From Dimorphilus gyrociliatus (lineage: Eukaryota > Animalia > Annelida): DNA of 64,000 bases. A program made the translations under genes and the position numbers. The first letter of the stretch is position 1. The number at the start of each line of letters is the position of its first letter. Location: positions 1,116,001-1,180,000 of the forward strand of contig CAJFCJ010000001.1 in NCBI GenBank assembly GCA_904063045.1, given 5' to 3'. Under the pieces are notes generated by a model. It ran no database searches, was not told the origin of the DNA, and was given only the letters and a program-made list of their open reading frames with translations. This document shows, piece after piece, positions 38,107 to 53,537 of this stretch.

Positions 38107-41100
38107 ATGGCTAAACAAACAGGTTCAATCCAAGTGATTCGCCAACTTTTTGATTTTCAATCTGAAGATAAAAATCGTACAATTGAAAGATTGGAGCTTT
38201 TAGATTATGTTTCAAAAGCAGTAGTAAGTGCCATGATAATTCAATTTGCTTTGAAAATGTGAAATGTTGTATATACATCTAATTCTGTATCGAAACTTAA
38301 TTTTGGAATGCTTGTACTTTGTTCTCTTGATATAATTTCATCCCAGCTTTGATAGCTATGTCATCACTCATACCTCAGTGTAGAATTCTTTTATTAATCT
38401 TTTAAAATATTTCATATAGCCTCTTAAAAATATTTTTAATTATTTTTCAGCTTGATTTAGATACTTCCATTCTTAGAATATACGGTACAAACAGCCTAAC
38501 TCAGGAAAAAATGGCTTTTGAACTAAGATCGTTAGGTGTAAAGAGTGATGCGGTTGAATTAGAAGATACTCTTTTAAGAGTTCGAGGCATGACGTGCCAA
38601 TCTTGCGTACACGGAATAGAATCAAACATTTCTCAAATGAAAGGTGTCGAAAGTATAAAAGTCAGCTTGGAAGAAGAGTCTGCTTTTGTAAAGTATGATG
38701 TAAGATTTATTTCACCTTTAAATATTCGTAATGCAATTGACGATATGGGCTTCGACTGTTCATTAACAAGACAAACAACAGTTATCGATATCGAAGGAAT
38801 GACATGTAATTCTTGTGTTAAGAATATTGAAAATACCATTTCAAACGCAAAGGGCATTTTGAATATTAAAGTATCACTTGAAAATAAAGAAGGTATTTTT
38901 ACTTTCGATCCAGAATTAACGCACCCCGAAGCTGTAGCCGATGCTATTGATGACATGGGCTTTGACGCATCTGTCAATGTTAAAAAGAGTTTATTACAAA
39001 GTGATAATCAGGATAATAAAGCCTCATGTACTATAAATATAGAAGGTATGACATGTAACTCATGCGTTAAACATATAGAAGGAACAATGAGTGGTGAATT
39101 AGGTGTTAAACTTATAAACGTCAGCTTAATCGATAAAAATGCCGTTGTTACATTCGATCCAAGTAAAACTTCTCCAGCAGAAATTGCTGATAAAATTGAT
39201 GATATGGGATTCGAGGCCTCTGTATTCGGCCAAGAATCAAGTAAGAAATCAAATAACGTTGCTGCTGAATCTGTCAGTATTGAGATGGAGCCATTAGTGA
39301 AAAACAATCATAAAAATAAATATTCTAAATGTATTCTTTCTGTAAGAGGAATGACTTGTAGTTCTTGTGTTTCTGCTATTGAAAAAGGCTTAATGAAAGT
39401 TCTAGGCATAGAAAACGTGCTGGTAGCTTTAATGGCTGAAAGAGCCGAAATAACTTATGATGATGATATCTTAACCCCTAAAGAAATTGAAAATTGTATT
39501 GAAGACTTAGGTTTCGAGGCTTGTGTAACAGAAACAAAATTAGACAATGTAGTAGATTTAAAGGTAATGGAAGAGTTTATAAAATAATTGAATAGTTGAA
39601 TATAATGGTTGATATTACATTTTAACAGATTCAGGGTATGACCTGTTCTTCATGCGTTCATAACATCGAATCAAATTTAAGGAAAAAAATTGGCATCGTA
39701 GATGTTAAAGTATCACTTGCAACTTCCAGCGGAAAAATTACCTATGACCCTTCCAATACGGGACCGCGCACTATTATCGAAATAATTGAAAGCTTAGGCC
39801 ACCCTTGCGAATTATCAACAGACGACAATAAAGGATTAGATGTTAAAGCTCATAGAAAAATAACAAAAAAGTAAGACTACTGTCATATTTTTGAAATTTA
39901 ATAACAATTTTCTTTTTCAAACTTTATTTAGATGGAGAAATTCATTCCTCATTGCTTTGTTTTTCGGTTTACCATGTATGATTCTTATGATTTATTTTAT
40001 GATCGATCGATCTCGAGCAAAAGCAGAAGCCAAAAAGAACAATACAACTCTACCTGTTCATTATGGTTTAGTCGTTCCTGGTTTATCAATAGAAAATCTT
40101 GTGATGTTTTGTTTAGCTACACCAGTTCAAATTTGTGGTGGATGGCAATTTTATATTCATGCTTGGGCAGCTTTAAAGCATAGGACCACTAATATGGATG
40201 TGTTAGTTGTCTTAGCTACAAGTATCGCTTATCTTTATTCCTTTATTGTTGTTCTTGTTGCAATTTGCTTATCCGAACCTTTCTCTCCTAAAACGTTTTT
40301 TGACACACCACCCATGCTCTTCACTTTTATTGGACTTGGAAGATGGTTAGAACATATTGCCAAAGGTAAAACTTCTGAAGCATTGGCCAAACTTATGTCA
40401 CTTCAAGTAGCAGAAGCTATGTTGGTGAAGATGGGACCAAACGGAGACGTTATTAGTGAGTCTATTGTTGATGTAAAATTGATTCAGAGAGGAGATATTC
40501 TTAAAGTTACGCCTGGTACAAAGGTACCAGTGGATGGTCGTGTTGTCGAAGGAAGCTCGTCATGCGATGAAAGTATGATAACAGGAGAAAGTATGCCTGT
40601 CCCCAAAAATCCTGGATCAGATGTCATTGGCGGAAGCTTAAATCAGAATGGAAGTCTTTTTATAAGAGCAACTCATGTTGGTTCGGATAGTGCGCTATCA
40701 CAAATAGTTAGACTCGTTGAAGAGGCTCAGACTTCTAAAGCTCCTATACAAGCACTAGCCGATAGAATTGCTGGACTGTTTGTTCCAATTATCATAGGAT
40801 TATCATCTGTTACTCTAATAGGATGGGTTATTATTGGGTATTATAATACAGATATTATTGATGCGAATCATGAAGAGCGAGATAAGAACCGTCATGAAGT
40901 AATATGGGAACACGCTTTTAGGTTTGCAATTACAGTTTTATGTATCGCGTGCCCCTGTGCTTTAGGTCTTGCCACCCCAACGGCTGTTATGGTTGGCACT
41001 GGTGTTGGTGCAACTAATGGAATACTTATAAAAGGTGGAGAGCCTTTAGAAACAGCCCACAAAGTCAATACTTTTGTTTTTGACAAGACTGGAACACTTA

Positions 41101-42596
41101 CATATGGAACCCCTAGAGTATCGAAAGTCATGATTATCGTCCCTGAAAGTCAATTTTCGTTTATGAAGATTATAGCCATTGTAGGCACAGCGGAATCAAG
41201 CAGTGAACATCCTATAGCATCATCTATCGTTAAATATGCAAAGCAGTTAATCGGATCGGAGACATTAGGAACTCCTAGTGATTTTCAAGCCATACCTGGC
41301 TGTGGTCTCAAATGTAATGTTAGCAAAATTAGTCAATTTCTTGGAAACACTCCAAATCCAACGGATGATGATATAAACTGTGAAGTCACAATTGGAGAAA
41401 CTATTGTCGACAGTATTTGCCTGACAGCTGCAACTCCTGTAGAAGAGAGTGATACTGTTTATTCAGTTTTAATAGGTAATAGGGAGTGGATGAAGCGAAA
41501 TGGCCTTCAAGTAACTGATGAACTTGAAGAATCGATGAAAAAGACAGAAGAAAAAGGTCACACTGCTATTATATGTGCTGTAGATGGTATAATTGTAGGA
41601 ATGATAGGTGTCGCAGATTCTGTGAAGGCAGAGGCTCATTTGGCTATTCATGCTTTAAAACAATTAAATCTAAATGTTATTTTGTTAACTGGTGACAATG
41701 TGAGAACTGCTCAAGCTATTGCTAAACAAGTAGGAATTGACACAGTTTTTGCTGAGGTATTACCGTCTCATAAAGTAGAAAAGATAAGACAACTGCAAGA
41801 TTCACAATTGAAAGTTGCAATGGTTGGTGACGGAGTAAACGATTCGCCAGCATTAGCTCAGGCGGATGTAGGAATTGCTATAGGTACTGGTACGGACGTT
41901 GCTGTCGAGGCTGCTGATATGGTATTAATACGAGTTAGTATTCTTTCATTATGATAATAAAGTGGTGTTTATTAGGATAAAAGACAGTGATTAAAATAAG
42001 TTTTTATTGCAGAATGACTTATTGGATGTCTTTAATGCGATAGAATTATCAAAGAAAACTGTTAGACGAATAAGGATTAATTTTATCGCAGCTACAGTTT
42101 ATAATCTTGTCGGAATACCAATAGCAGCAGGAATATTTCTCCCGATTGGCTTATCCTTACAACCATGGATGGCATCGGCTGCCATGGCCTCTTCATCTCT
42201 TTCCGTCGTCTTCTCTTCGTTATTGCTTAAATTGTAGGACAGTTAAACTATTAGACTGTGCATTATGACTAATAATCATTTTTAATCATTCTTCTTCAGG
42301 TGGAGAAAGAAGAAACGACAAGATTTAATAACTTCAGAATATTTTCATCTTTATGAAAATGATCAGAGCAATGATCGACAAGTTGAATTGCATAGAGGCC
42401 TTTCAGTAAAGTTAATTAACCTATAATTATCGCTTTTACTAACAATTAGAATATATTTTAGAATAATATTAAGCTCAGATCAAGTTCAGCTTCTCCGTCC
42501 AAATTTGGTAAAATAAAAAAGTTCGCATCTTCGCCTACGGATGGTCAATCACTCTTATCTAACGATAATCTAGATCGTGAAATGGATCTACTATAA
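38107..42596 (+). CDS. ATP7: Copper-transporting P1B ATPase (ATP7A/B orthologue), multi-exon
   Basis: Five GMTCxSC metal-binding domains, TGES, CPC, DKTGT, SEHP, GDGVND and a C-terminal dileucine (EMDLL*). A 117-nt exon (38107-38223) splices in frame to 38451. Confidence 0.96.
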
Positions 42597-43215
42597 GATT
42601 ATTTTATCTAACAAGCTTGATTTTAAATTGCATGTGTGATTTATCTAAAAATGTGAAAAATGTTCGATTTCTTGAAAAAAACAAACAGTCAAGAAATTTC
42701 CACTTTAACTGCAGCATGGAACAACTTAACAAAGTTCTATTCGAAATTTTTTGTTTATGGAAATCACATTGTTTTTAACTTGGATCAATAAACACAACCT
42801 TTAACTGTTGTTGGTATTTTATTTAACTCACACAATAACATGTAAGATAGATATCTATACTTAATTAAAACAAGTGTGTAGAGAACACCATCTTTCAACA
42901 ACCTAATCAAATCAAACGGTCAGTAATAAATAATCTAAATATTATCTCTTCTAATTGCAGGATATCTGAACAAATAGCACGGCATATTGCTAGATTTTTT
43001 TGTCTCTTAATGCAAAGTTCATCGTTTTATCTTTATCTCCACTCCAAACTATGATAACAGAAAAAAAATAAACTGCAGGACATTTGAACAAATATTAAAA
43101 TTTAACGACCGTACATATTTGCTGTTCCATTACTATAGCATATACTGTATAGTAATTTTTTTTGCACTACATTTAAATAGATAACCGCAATTTGAGAACA
43201 AAGTGGGGATTTTAA

Positions 43216-44138
43216 TTATTTAATTTCAGATGCTTTAAGTTGAACTAAACATAGATTGTAAAAAGAGTTTGGCATAAACGATTCCAAGGAGCGCCAGCAC
43301 AAGAAGCCGCTTTCTGTTAATTCCCTAGGAGATTGATTTGGTCCGTAATAGTGAGGATCCTGTAAAAATATAATGATTATTAAAAGGTACAGTCAGAGTA
43401 TGCCCTTTTAAACAAATAGTGTACTTACTAAAACCAATAAATAGGCGTTTTCTTTACTTTGGCAAACGCCTAATATCCCTTTAGAAGCATTATCGCTGTC
43501 ACCACCTAAAAAAAACGAGAATTCATTTTTAGCATGCTGTTTTTATTTTTAGAAATTGCATAGCTACCCATCATTATTGGACACCCATACTTTTCAAAGT
43601 GATTTATGATAGTTGGAAGAAAATTCTTTAGATCACTACCTTGTTTAATATGAACAATTTTGCAGGATGTCTAAATTGTTAAACAGTATAGAAAGATTGT
43701 TCAGGCTGTTTAGGTAGTACTTACATCATAAAAATAATCTACGCACATAGCCACTTCTATACTTCCAATCCATGTTTTGGACCCAATAAACGAAGGTGCT
43801 TTATCATTCATATCAACTAATGATTCTTGTATCCCATCTAAAGGTGGAACTAATTCTGGGCAGTCCCTTTGAAATTTCAACCATGAGCACAACGTTTGTA
43901 AAGTTCGATAACCACAACCCCAGCCCTGAAAAGATTGGTTTCTAGACTGAAAATTTTAGAAATTAATTATGCTTACGCGATCATCAAATCCATCGCAGCC
44001 GTAATGATAATATAAATAGTCGCCTTTAACTAATTCTAAAACTGATATCTCATTCGCCGATTCTTCGGGAGGTTTTTTTAATTGTTCATGAATATTCTTT
44101 AATAGCTGACAATCAACACATTCCAAATTATTGTTCAT
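43216..44138 (-). CDS. UFSP1: UFM1-specific peptidase 1, multi-exon
   Basis: YLYYHYGCDGFDDR|GWGCGYRTLQTLCSW, WIGSIE, GGDSDNASKGILG (UFSP1-type) and catalytic DPH. Confidence 0.88.
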
Positions 44139-44834
44139 AATAAAAATAATCAGACGAACTTAAAATTTCGCACGAAAATGAGAAAAATACATTTCCTGTA
44201 GAGGATCAAATAGGAGTATAGAGGGCACACTTGTCAATGTTTGGTTTTTTTTTTGCCCAAGTATTACTTCGTAGCTATTGGTATTTGCATGTTTATTCTA
44301 ACTATATCGATAACTTTGCAGCTGAGATTAAATGATAAAATTTATCCTTCAAATTGATTGATTATATTAAATTATACCCCTTGTAATATATTCATTGAAG
44401 ACTTATGTACCCTGTCATTAAGTGTTAATGAGGACAATCAGCTATTTAACAATGAACACTTTACACAACCTACTCCATTAGACTATTTTTTCAATAGATC
44501 GTTAATTATTCTATGCTTTATTTCATTTTTGAAAAGAAAATAAGGGTTATAGAGTATGCAATTTATATTAAAAACAGTTTAGAATTAATAATAATGGAAA
44601 TCTATACACGTTTCACAGCCGTATGAGGAGAAAAGTTCCATGTGGTTCTTCCAATACAAATTTACATTTTGTAACCATACAAATACACCTATATATATAC
44701 AATAAAAAATGAAATATTATACAAAATCTTCATGCTTTCATATGCATTTAAAAAATATGTAAATTAGATTCTTATAAAAAAATATTGCAAAATAGAATTC
44801 TTTTTTTTTTTGATTTTCTTCTCTAATTTTCATT

Positions 44835-45287
44835 CTAGAAAAATAAGTATTTTCTAAGACGTTTCCATAGTCTCTTCAGAAAATTTCGCCGGAAGAAAGA
44901 ACGCTTTGAGCGTCTCTTTCTTATTTTGTTCTTGGTCATATGAGTTGTGTCAATTATGTAAACGTATCCCTTTTTCCCTGTCATATTACTTTGGCGATGA
45001 ATATTGAATTTATGATTTTTTGGTAGAATTTTCAATAGATGATCTTCTGCAAATTTAGTATTATCTGTTTCTGCATAATACTTGCAGCACTTCTTAAATT
45101 CCTTATATTGACGTATTCTTGTGTTCGGATCCAGGTGATTCGTTGCACCAACTCTGTATAAATGGCCATTTTTCTTCAATTTCTTGGCCATTTCTCTGAA
45201 CAATATCTTCTTAGCTTTTCCATTGTTCGAAATTCGATATTTTTTGTTGATGCTTACTAGTTTTTTAAAGAAAAATCTATGTAGCAT
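44835..45287 (-). CDS. Uncharacterised basic 150-aa protein; putative circularly permuted GIY-YIG-like domain
   Basis: An intact intronless ORF that is not the antisense shadow of another gene. It carries motifs LYRVGAT…R..QY, AEDHLLK, FN and GYVYII. Confidence 0.65.
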   Translation of the reverse strand: MLHRFFFKKLVSINKKYRISNNGKAKKILFREMAKKLKKNGHLYRVGATNHLDPNTRIRQYKEFKKCCKYYAETDNTKFAEDHLLKILPKNHKFNIHRQSNMTGKKGYVYIIDTTHMTKNKIRKRRSKRSFFRRNFLKRLWKRLRKYLFF

Positions 45288-45609
45288 TTGCTGAGATGTA
45301 AGTTACTTTGTATATCATTGGAAAACCCACGCTAACCCAAGGGAATTCCGTAATGACTCATGTGGCAGTAAGACACTACTGCCATCAAGTGTATAAAAAA
45401 GCATCAATTAAATTTTAAGATTTTTAAGGATTTTTTTCACATTTCTCCAATGTTTGAATAAATAAGAAACAGTAAATTGATCAATAATTTTTTTATTTTC
45501 TTTTATCAACTTCTAACGTTTAACAATCGTTTTAAAAAAGTTATATTTAGTAGATATTTCTTATCATTTGTCTATTTATAAATCATCCAAAAAATTTTCA
45601 CAAGGCAAT

Positions 45610-45680
45610 TTGCTAAAAATTACATCAAACGTAAGCTCTTCAAGTTTACGCTTACGTCATCATCATAAAAACAGACAGTA
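45610..45680 (-). promoter_or_regulatory. SECIS element in the SELENOO 3'UTR
   Basis: Sense RNA reads A-UGAU-GACGUAAGC-GU-AAA-CUUGAAG-A-GCUUACGUU-UGAU. This gives the UGAN/NGAN quartet, a 9-bp helix II, and AAA 12 nt after AUGA. Confidence 0.88.
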
Positions 45681-45728
45681 TATGTCGATTTTTTAATTTG
45701 AAACAAATGCCATATCTAAAAAAGTTTT

Positions 45729-48514
<2,786 letters not shown>

Positions 48515-48672
48515 TTATACTAATAATCGCCATGGAAGAGTAATAATAATGAAAGTCGTAGTTTCGATACACGACAATTACAGTTCCGATATTTTTTGTA
48601 TGGTGTCCAGGGTCAACAGACACTGAATAGGTCACCACTTCTTTAAAACCTCTTTATCTTGATTATAAAACA

Positions 48673-50897
48673 ATGGTTTGTAACCTAAGCGCTCAAAAAT
48701 ATTAATAAATTAATAATTCTTTATTTAGTTAATGAAAATGGCAAACTGTATGATATTATAATTAAATAGTGGCAAAATATTTTCCTATTCATCATGATCC
48801 TTTAATGTTCATTTAGGCAAAAAATCAACGTGTTCTTGGACTTGCAAAAGAATTTATTAATTTTATAAATAGGTCTCCCTCCCCCTTCCATGGTACGTAG
48901 GTTATATTGATATATTTGTACTAAACCAAGTTCTGTCTCTTCTAAAAAGTTAATAGTAATTTAAAATCCTTTTTTTTAAATAGCCGTAGAGGAAGGGTGT
49001 CAATTACTAGCAGCAGCGGGCTTCAAAGAGTTGAAAGAGACGGAGAAGTGGAATGTGAAACCAAACAATAAAGTAAATTATCCAGGTCGTAACTCTGAAC
49101 TAAAATTCTTTTTATCTAAATAGTATTACGTTACGAGAAATAAGTCGACCCTAATAGCATTCGCTATTGGAGGAAATTACCAGCCGGGAAATGGATTTGC
49201 TATCTTAGGAGCTCATACTGACAGCCCCTGCCTCAAAGTCAAACCCATATCTAAGAAAATGAGAGAAGACTTTTTGCAAGTTGGGGTAGAATGTTATGGA
49301 GGTTCTTAAAATCAATTTACGCTATAATTCAATAAGCGTATTAGACAAAAAATACTGTACTAGAAACCTTTTAGGTGGATCTTGGCATACCTGGTTCGAC
49401 AGAGATTTGACTATAGCAGGGAGAGTCATTATCCAGGTTATATTTATAGAATACCATTACCTGTTTACGTTTCATGATTTGACTTATTTGTTAATGCGCA
49501 TATTCTCTTTCTAGAATGGTAAAAGCATCGCTCAACGACTTTTCCACATAAACAAGCCTATATTAAGGATACCAAATGTTGCTATTCATTTGGAAAGAGA
49601 TATGGGAACAAAATTCGAATGGAATAAAGAGAATCATTTGTATGTCAACCATCATACTAGTATTTGTATCAAAGAATAATATATATCCTTTAAAAAACCT
49701 TCTTTAGAACGCCCATTCTTGCAACAAAAATAACAGAAGAACTTTTAACATCAGCTAAGCCTCATAAAAGTCCCGACTTTCCAAAGATAGCAGAGAATCA
49801 TCACTCATGTTTAATTTCAGCTATTTGCGGAGAACTAGATGTATCTGTTGAAAGTATAATTGATTTTGAATTATGTTTGACTGATACACAACCAGCAGTA
49901 GGGATCCTAAAATATTTATATACCAACATAAATGTAATAACTAGATTCCTCTTTTTTAATTAGGCTATAGGAGGTCTCTTTGATGAATTTATATTTTCTC
50001 CAAGATTAGACAATCTTCATTCATGTTTCTGTGCCATTAAAGTAATTTTATAGTAAAATTTCACTAATAGTGTAAAGAAAATGTCTTTTCTGTAGGGTTT
50101 AGTCAATTCAACAAAATCAGAATCATTTGAAACTGATACTATGATAAGAATGATGAGTTTGTTCGATAATGAGGAAGTTGGATCAGAAACTGCTCAAGGA
50201 GGACAATCCACACTACAAGAACTAATTATGAGGAGGCTATGCTCTGCACAAAACCATAACGTTTTAGCTTATGAAGAATCTATACCCAAGTCTTTGATGG
50301 TATCTTGCGATATGGCTCATGCAGTTCATCCAAACTATACAGAGAAACACGAAGATCAGCACAAACCAAATTTTCACAAAGTTACTTTAATTTAATTAAC
50401 TAACAAACATAATTTTAATTGTCTAAAAAGAAACTTTATTTCTAGGGAGTTGTAATTAAAACTAATCAAAATCAACGCTACGCGACAACAGCAATAACTG
50501 GAGCAATTATGAGAAAAATAGCAGAACTGGGGGGAGTGTCCGTGCAAGAGTTCGTTGTCCGTAACGATACTCCTTGTGGAAGTACTTTAGGTCCCCTTAT
50601 GTCTGCAAAGTTAGGAATTCCTACAGTTGATGTAGGAGCCGGTACGTCATTCCTAATAAATAGTATAACAGTTCATAAAAAGTAAAATTTTACATTCTAT
50701 TGTAAATAGCTCAGCTATCTATGCATTCGATACGTGAAATGTGTGATACAACTTCCGTAAAAATGACCTGCGATTTATTTGAGGTAATGATAATTTTAAA
50801 ATATTTGTCTTATATTTGCTATTTAACACTTATATTTCATTGTCCTTAGTCCTTCTATAAGAATTATTCATCAATTTCCGCGCAACTAGAACTTTGA
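48673..50897 (+). CDS. DNPEP: Aspartyl aminopeptidase (M18), multi-exon; first exon probably ends right after ATG
   Basis: [57 protein letters not shown] and QLSMHSIRE. Confidence 0.94.
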
Positions 50898-53537
50898 AAC
50901 AGAAAAACCAACCAAAAAAAAAAATGCTTCCTAGATACAACACTCACACTCAAGTATTCATTGCTTATAGGATGTTTTCTTTTATTATTTAAAAATATTT
51001 CTATAACCTCTTGTAGCTATTACTTTTCTAATTTGTAAAAGTAAATTACAAATGGTTAAAGTTATGTATTTAAATAAGAAAAACGATATAAAGTTGATTT
51101 ATTTCAATATGTTTAACATAGTTAGTATTTTATTACTCGTAAAACAATAATCGTATCTCACTGAAAAGAAAACTTGATAAATCAATTCTGATTTAAAAGT
51201 AAATATTATTTGCTTTAATGGAAAACTGAAAAACAAACTGCTCTAGGCCTGAATTTAGGTTATGTCAACTTTCAGTGAACGCAAGATGTAAGGTGTACGA
51301 CCTGCGTGGGTAGATCATTGACCTTGTAGCTGCCAATTTTACGTCCTCCTGTCCTATTTATAAACTAGAATTGAAAGCCGCCACCCCTCTCATAGCTATT
51401 TCCAGTACATATCGCCCACTTTGAATAAATTAACCGCTTTGCGCAAGTTAGTCAGAAATAGTGCAATCTACTTCTCTCAAGGCTGTTCGTAAATTGTTTT
51501 CCGTAGTTGCAGAATGTTTATTTGTCTTAAAATAAAGAGGTCAGACCCACAGCATTAAACGTTTGAAAGAAAAAAAAGATTTTATGCTCTAGAACAAGGA
51601 CATAAACTCGATAGATAATCATCTTTATTTAATAAGGGTTCACTGCTTTAGCTTAAAGCTTGTTATTGAGTCTTCTCTAAAGGTTTAATGTCTCTATACA
51701 TTTTCTTTAACAAAAGAAAGAAACTTTTACGATTGAATATAAACCTTTAATTGCAAAATCTTTATTGCAATAAACGAAAGCAAAATGACACTTAACATTC
51801 TATAAGAATGCTATTAATCATCTTAATAAATAATTAAGTATGCTCATCTGAGGATATCTCTTACTAACAATTATAAATATTTTAATTACTAGCCGTGTCT
51901 CTAAATACTAATAGATAATTATAATTAAATATTTTGTGTGATAAAGGAGTGGATAGTCCGACACTAGAGTATAGATTCTTGGATTTCTTTAAATAGTACT
52001 ATTAGGCCTGTTGCTAAAAAGTTGCGTGACGTATATAAAGGACATTCCTTTAGTGATAAAAAGAACAACTAGTAGTCTTTAAAGTATCAAATTAGCATTC
52101 AGTTAAAGTGAAAGAGAAGCTTCAATTGGCGCAATCCAAGTAAATTACTACGTTCTCTGTCTAACCTTGACATGGCTTTATTTGTTCCTCTCTTGCTACA
52201 TTAAAATGTCAAAGGTTGAAAACTCTTAAAGTAGACGCATCACGTCTACAGATATTTTTTATATTTAGTTGCATATGAGACAAAGACTCGTCTGGCTTGT
52301 ATCCTTTTTCGCTGCCAGACGTAGGCGTCTATATACCTATCTTTCAAGGTTATGGACTTGAAACTTCCTAAAGATATATTTGGGGTACTATTTTTAGCCG
52401 ACCCCTAGCCATTTCTAGTTTATCCTTTACAAGGATTTTAATGGATGCTACGCAAACATCTCTTTTATTTGAATACGTATCGAACCAATTTATAAGTTGT
52501 AAACATATTTTTCAGTTAATAATAGAATTATAGGACTACTCTTAACCTCTTTTATTTTTATATTATTGTAATCTAGAAAACGTACAATGTCACGAATAAC
52601 GCTATTCTCTCTATTATTCACATTTCGGTCGAGTTTATTGAGGGGGACGGAGGAAATGAATTGACTTGAAAGCTTACACCCCTGTCTCCTCTCCCTTAAT
52701 TTTGGCAGTAAACTATTCCAAAATATATAAAAAATAAAGTATGACGTAGTCGTCAAATATGGTCTAATCCACTAAAATATTTCAAGCATAATGAACTCGT
52801 CCACAGAACTTTGATACGCAGCGTTCAACATATTTGTTCTAGGTTAAAAAAAAGAACAACATAGTTTTTTCAGTGCAATAAACAAGAACATTCTCTCTAA
52901 AACGAGAACATAGTTCCTACAAATGTACTTTTAGGTCAAAAGAGACTTGTTTTTGAGAACAGTCGAGGGGCAGTAGGACAAAATTTAGAGCATAATCTAC
53001 GAATCAGTTCACCTTTCATCATTATACCTATTACTTGTGCCTTTAAGTTTATTATATTACCATACATATACGTCATTATAAATCGGACGACATTTTTCAT
53101 TAATATAAAGTAACTAACTCTTTTTAGTTCGCTACTCGATACAACTCGTTGCGATTATTGTTAGCTGAACTATTTGATTACTATTAATATCATATCAATA
53201 TATCCTTTTAGAATTATTTATGTGTATTGGAATTTTCTATTTAAAATTTTGATGCTTGTTTGAAAATGATACATAGTGTATTTCATCTGCTTTTCTTCTT
53301 TCTATTATTGGCCATCCAGATAGACAGACAGATAGACAGACAGATAGACACACGCGCACACGCTTCTTTTAAGTTCATTAGAACGACTGGATTCTTTATT
53401 GTTGTTAATTCTATTAGGCCTATAAAATATAATTTAACGCCATCTGCATTTTGAAGCCATAACTAAATATATTTATACTAGCAACGACATGTCTGGAAAT
53501 TTAAGTTTTTAATTACAAGAAAATTAGATTAATTAAA

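Noticed and set aside
52299-52307. U12-type donor-like GTATCCTTT (also GTATCCTT near 11099), with a CCCTTAAT branch-like site at about 52693
   Set aside because: About two such 8-mers are expected by chance in this AT-rich window (rough estimate). Neither lies at an exon boundary of a recognised gene, and the implied splice gives an immediate stop.
53472-53485. Half X-box CTAGCAAC upstream of the EFCAB12-like gene
   Set aside because: Only the right half-site matches, which is too weak to call alone.
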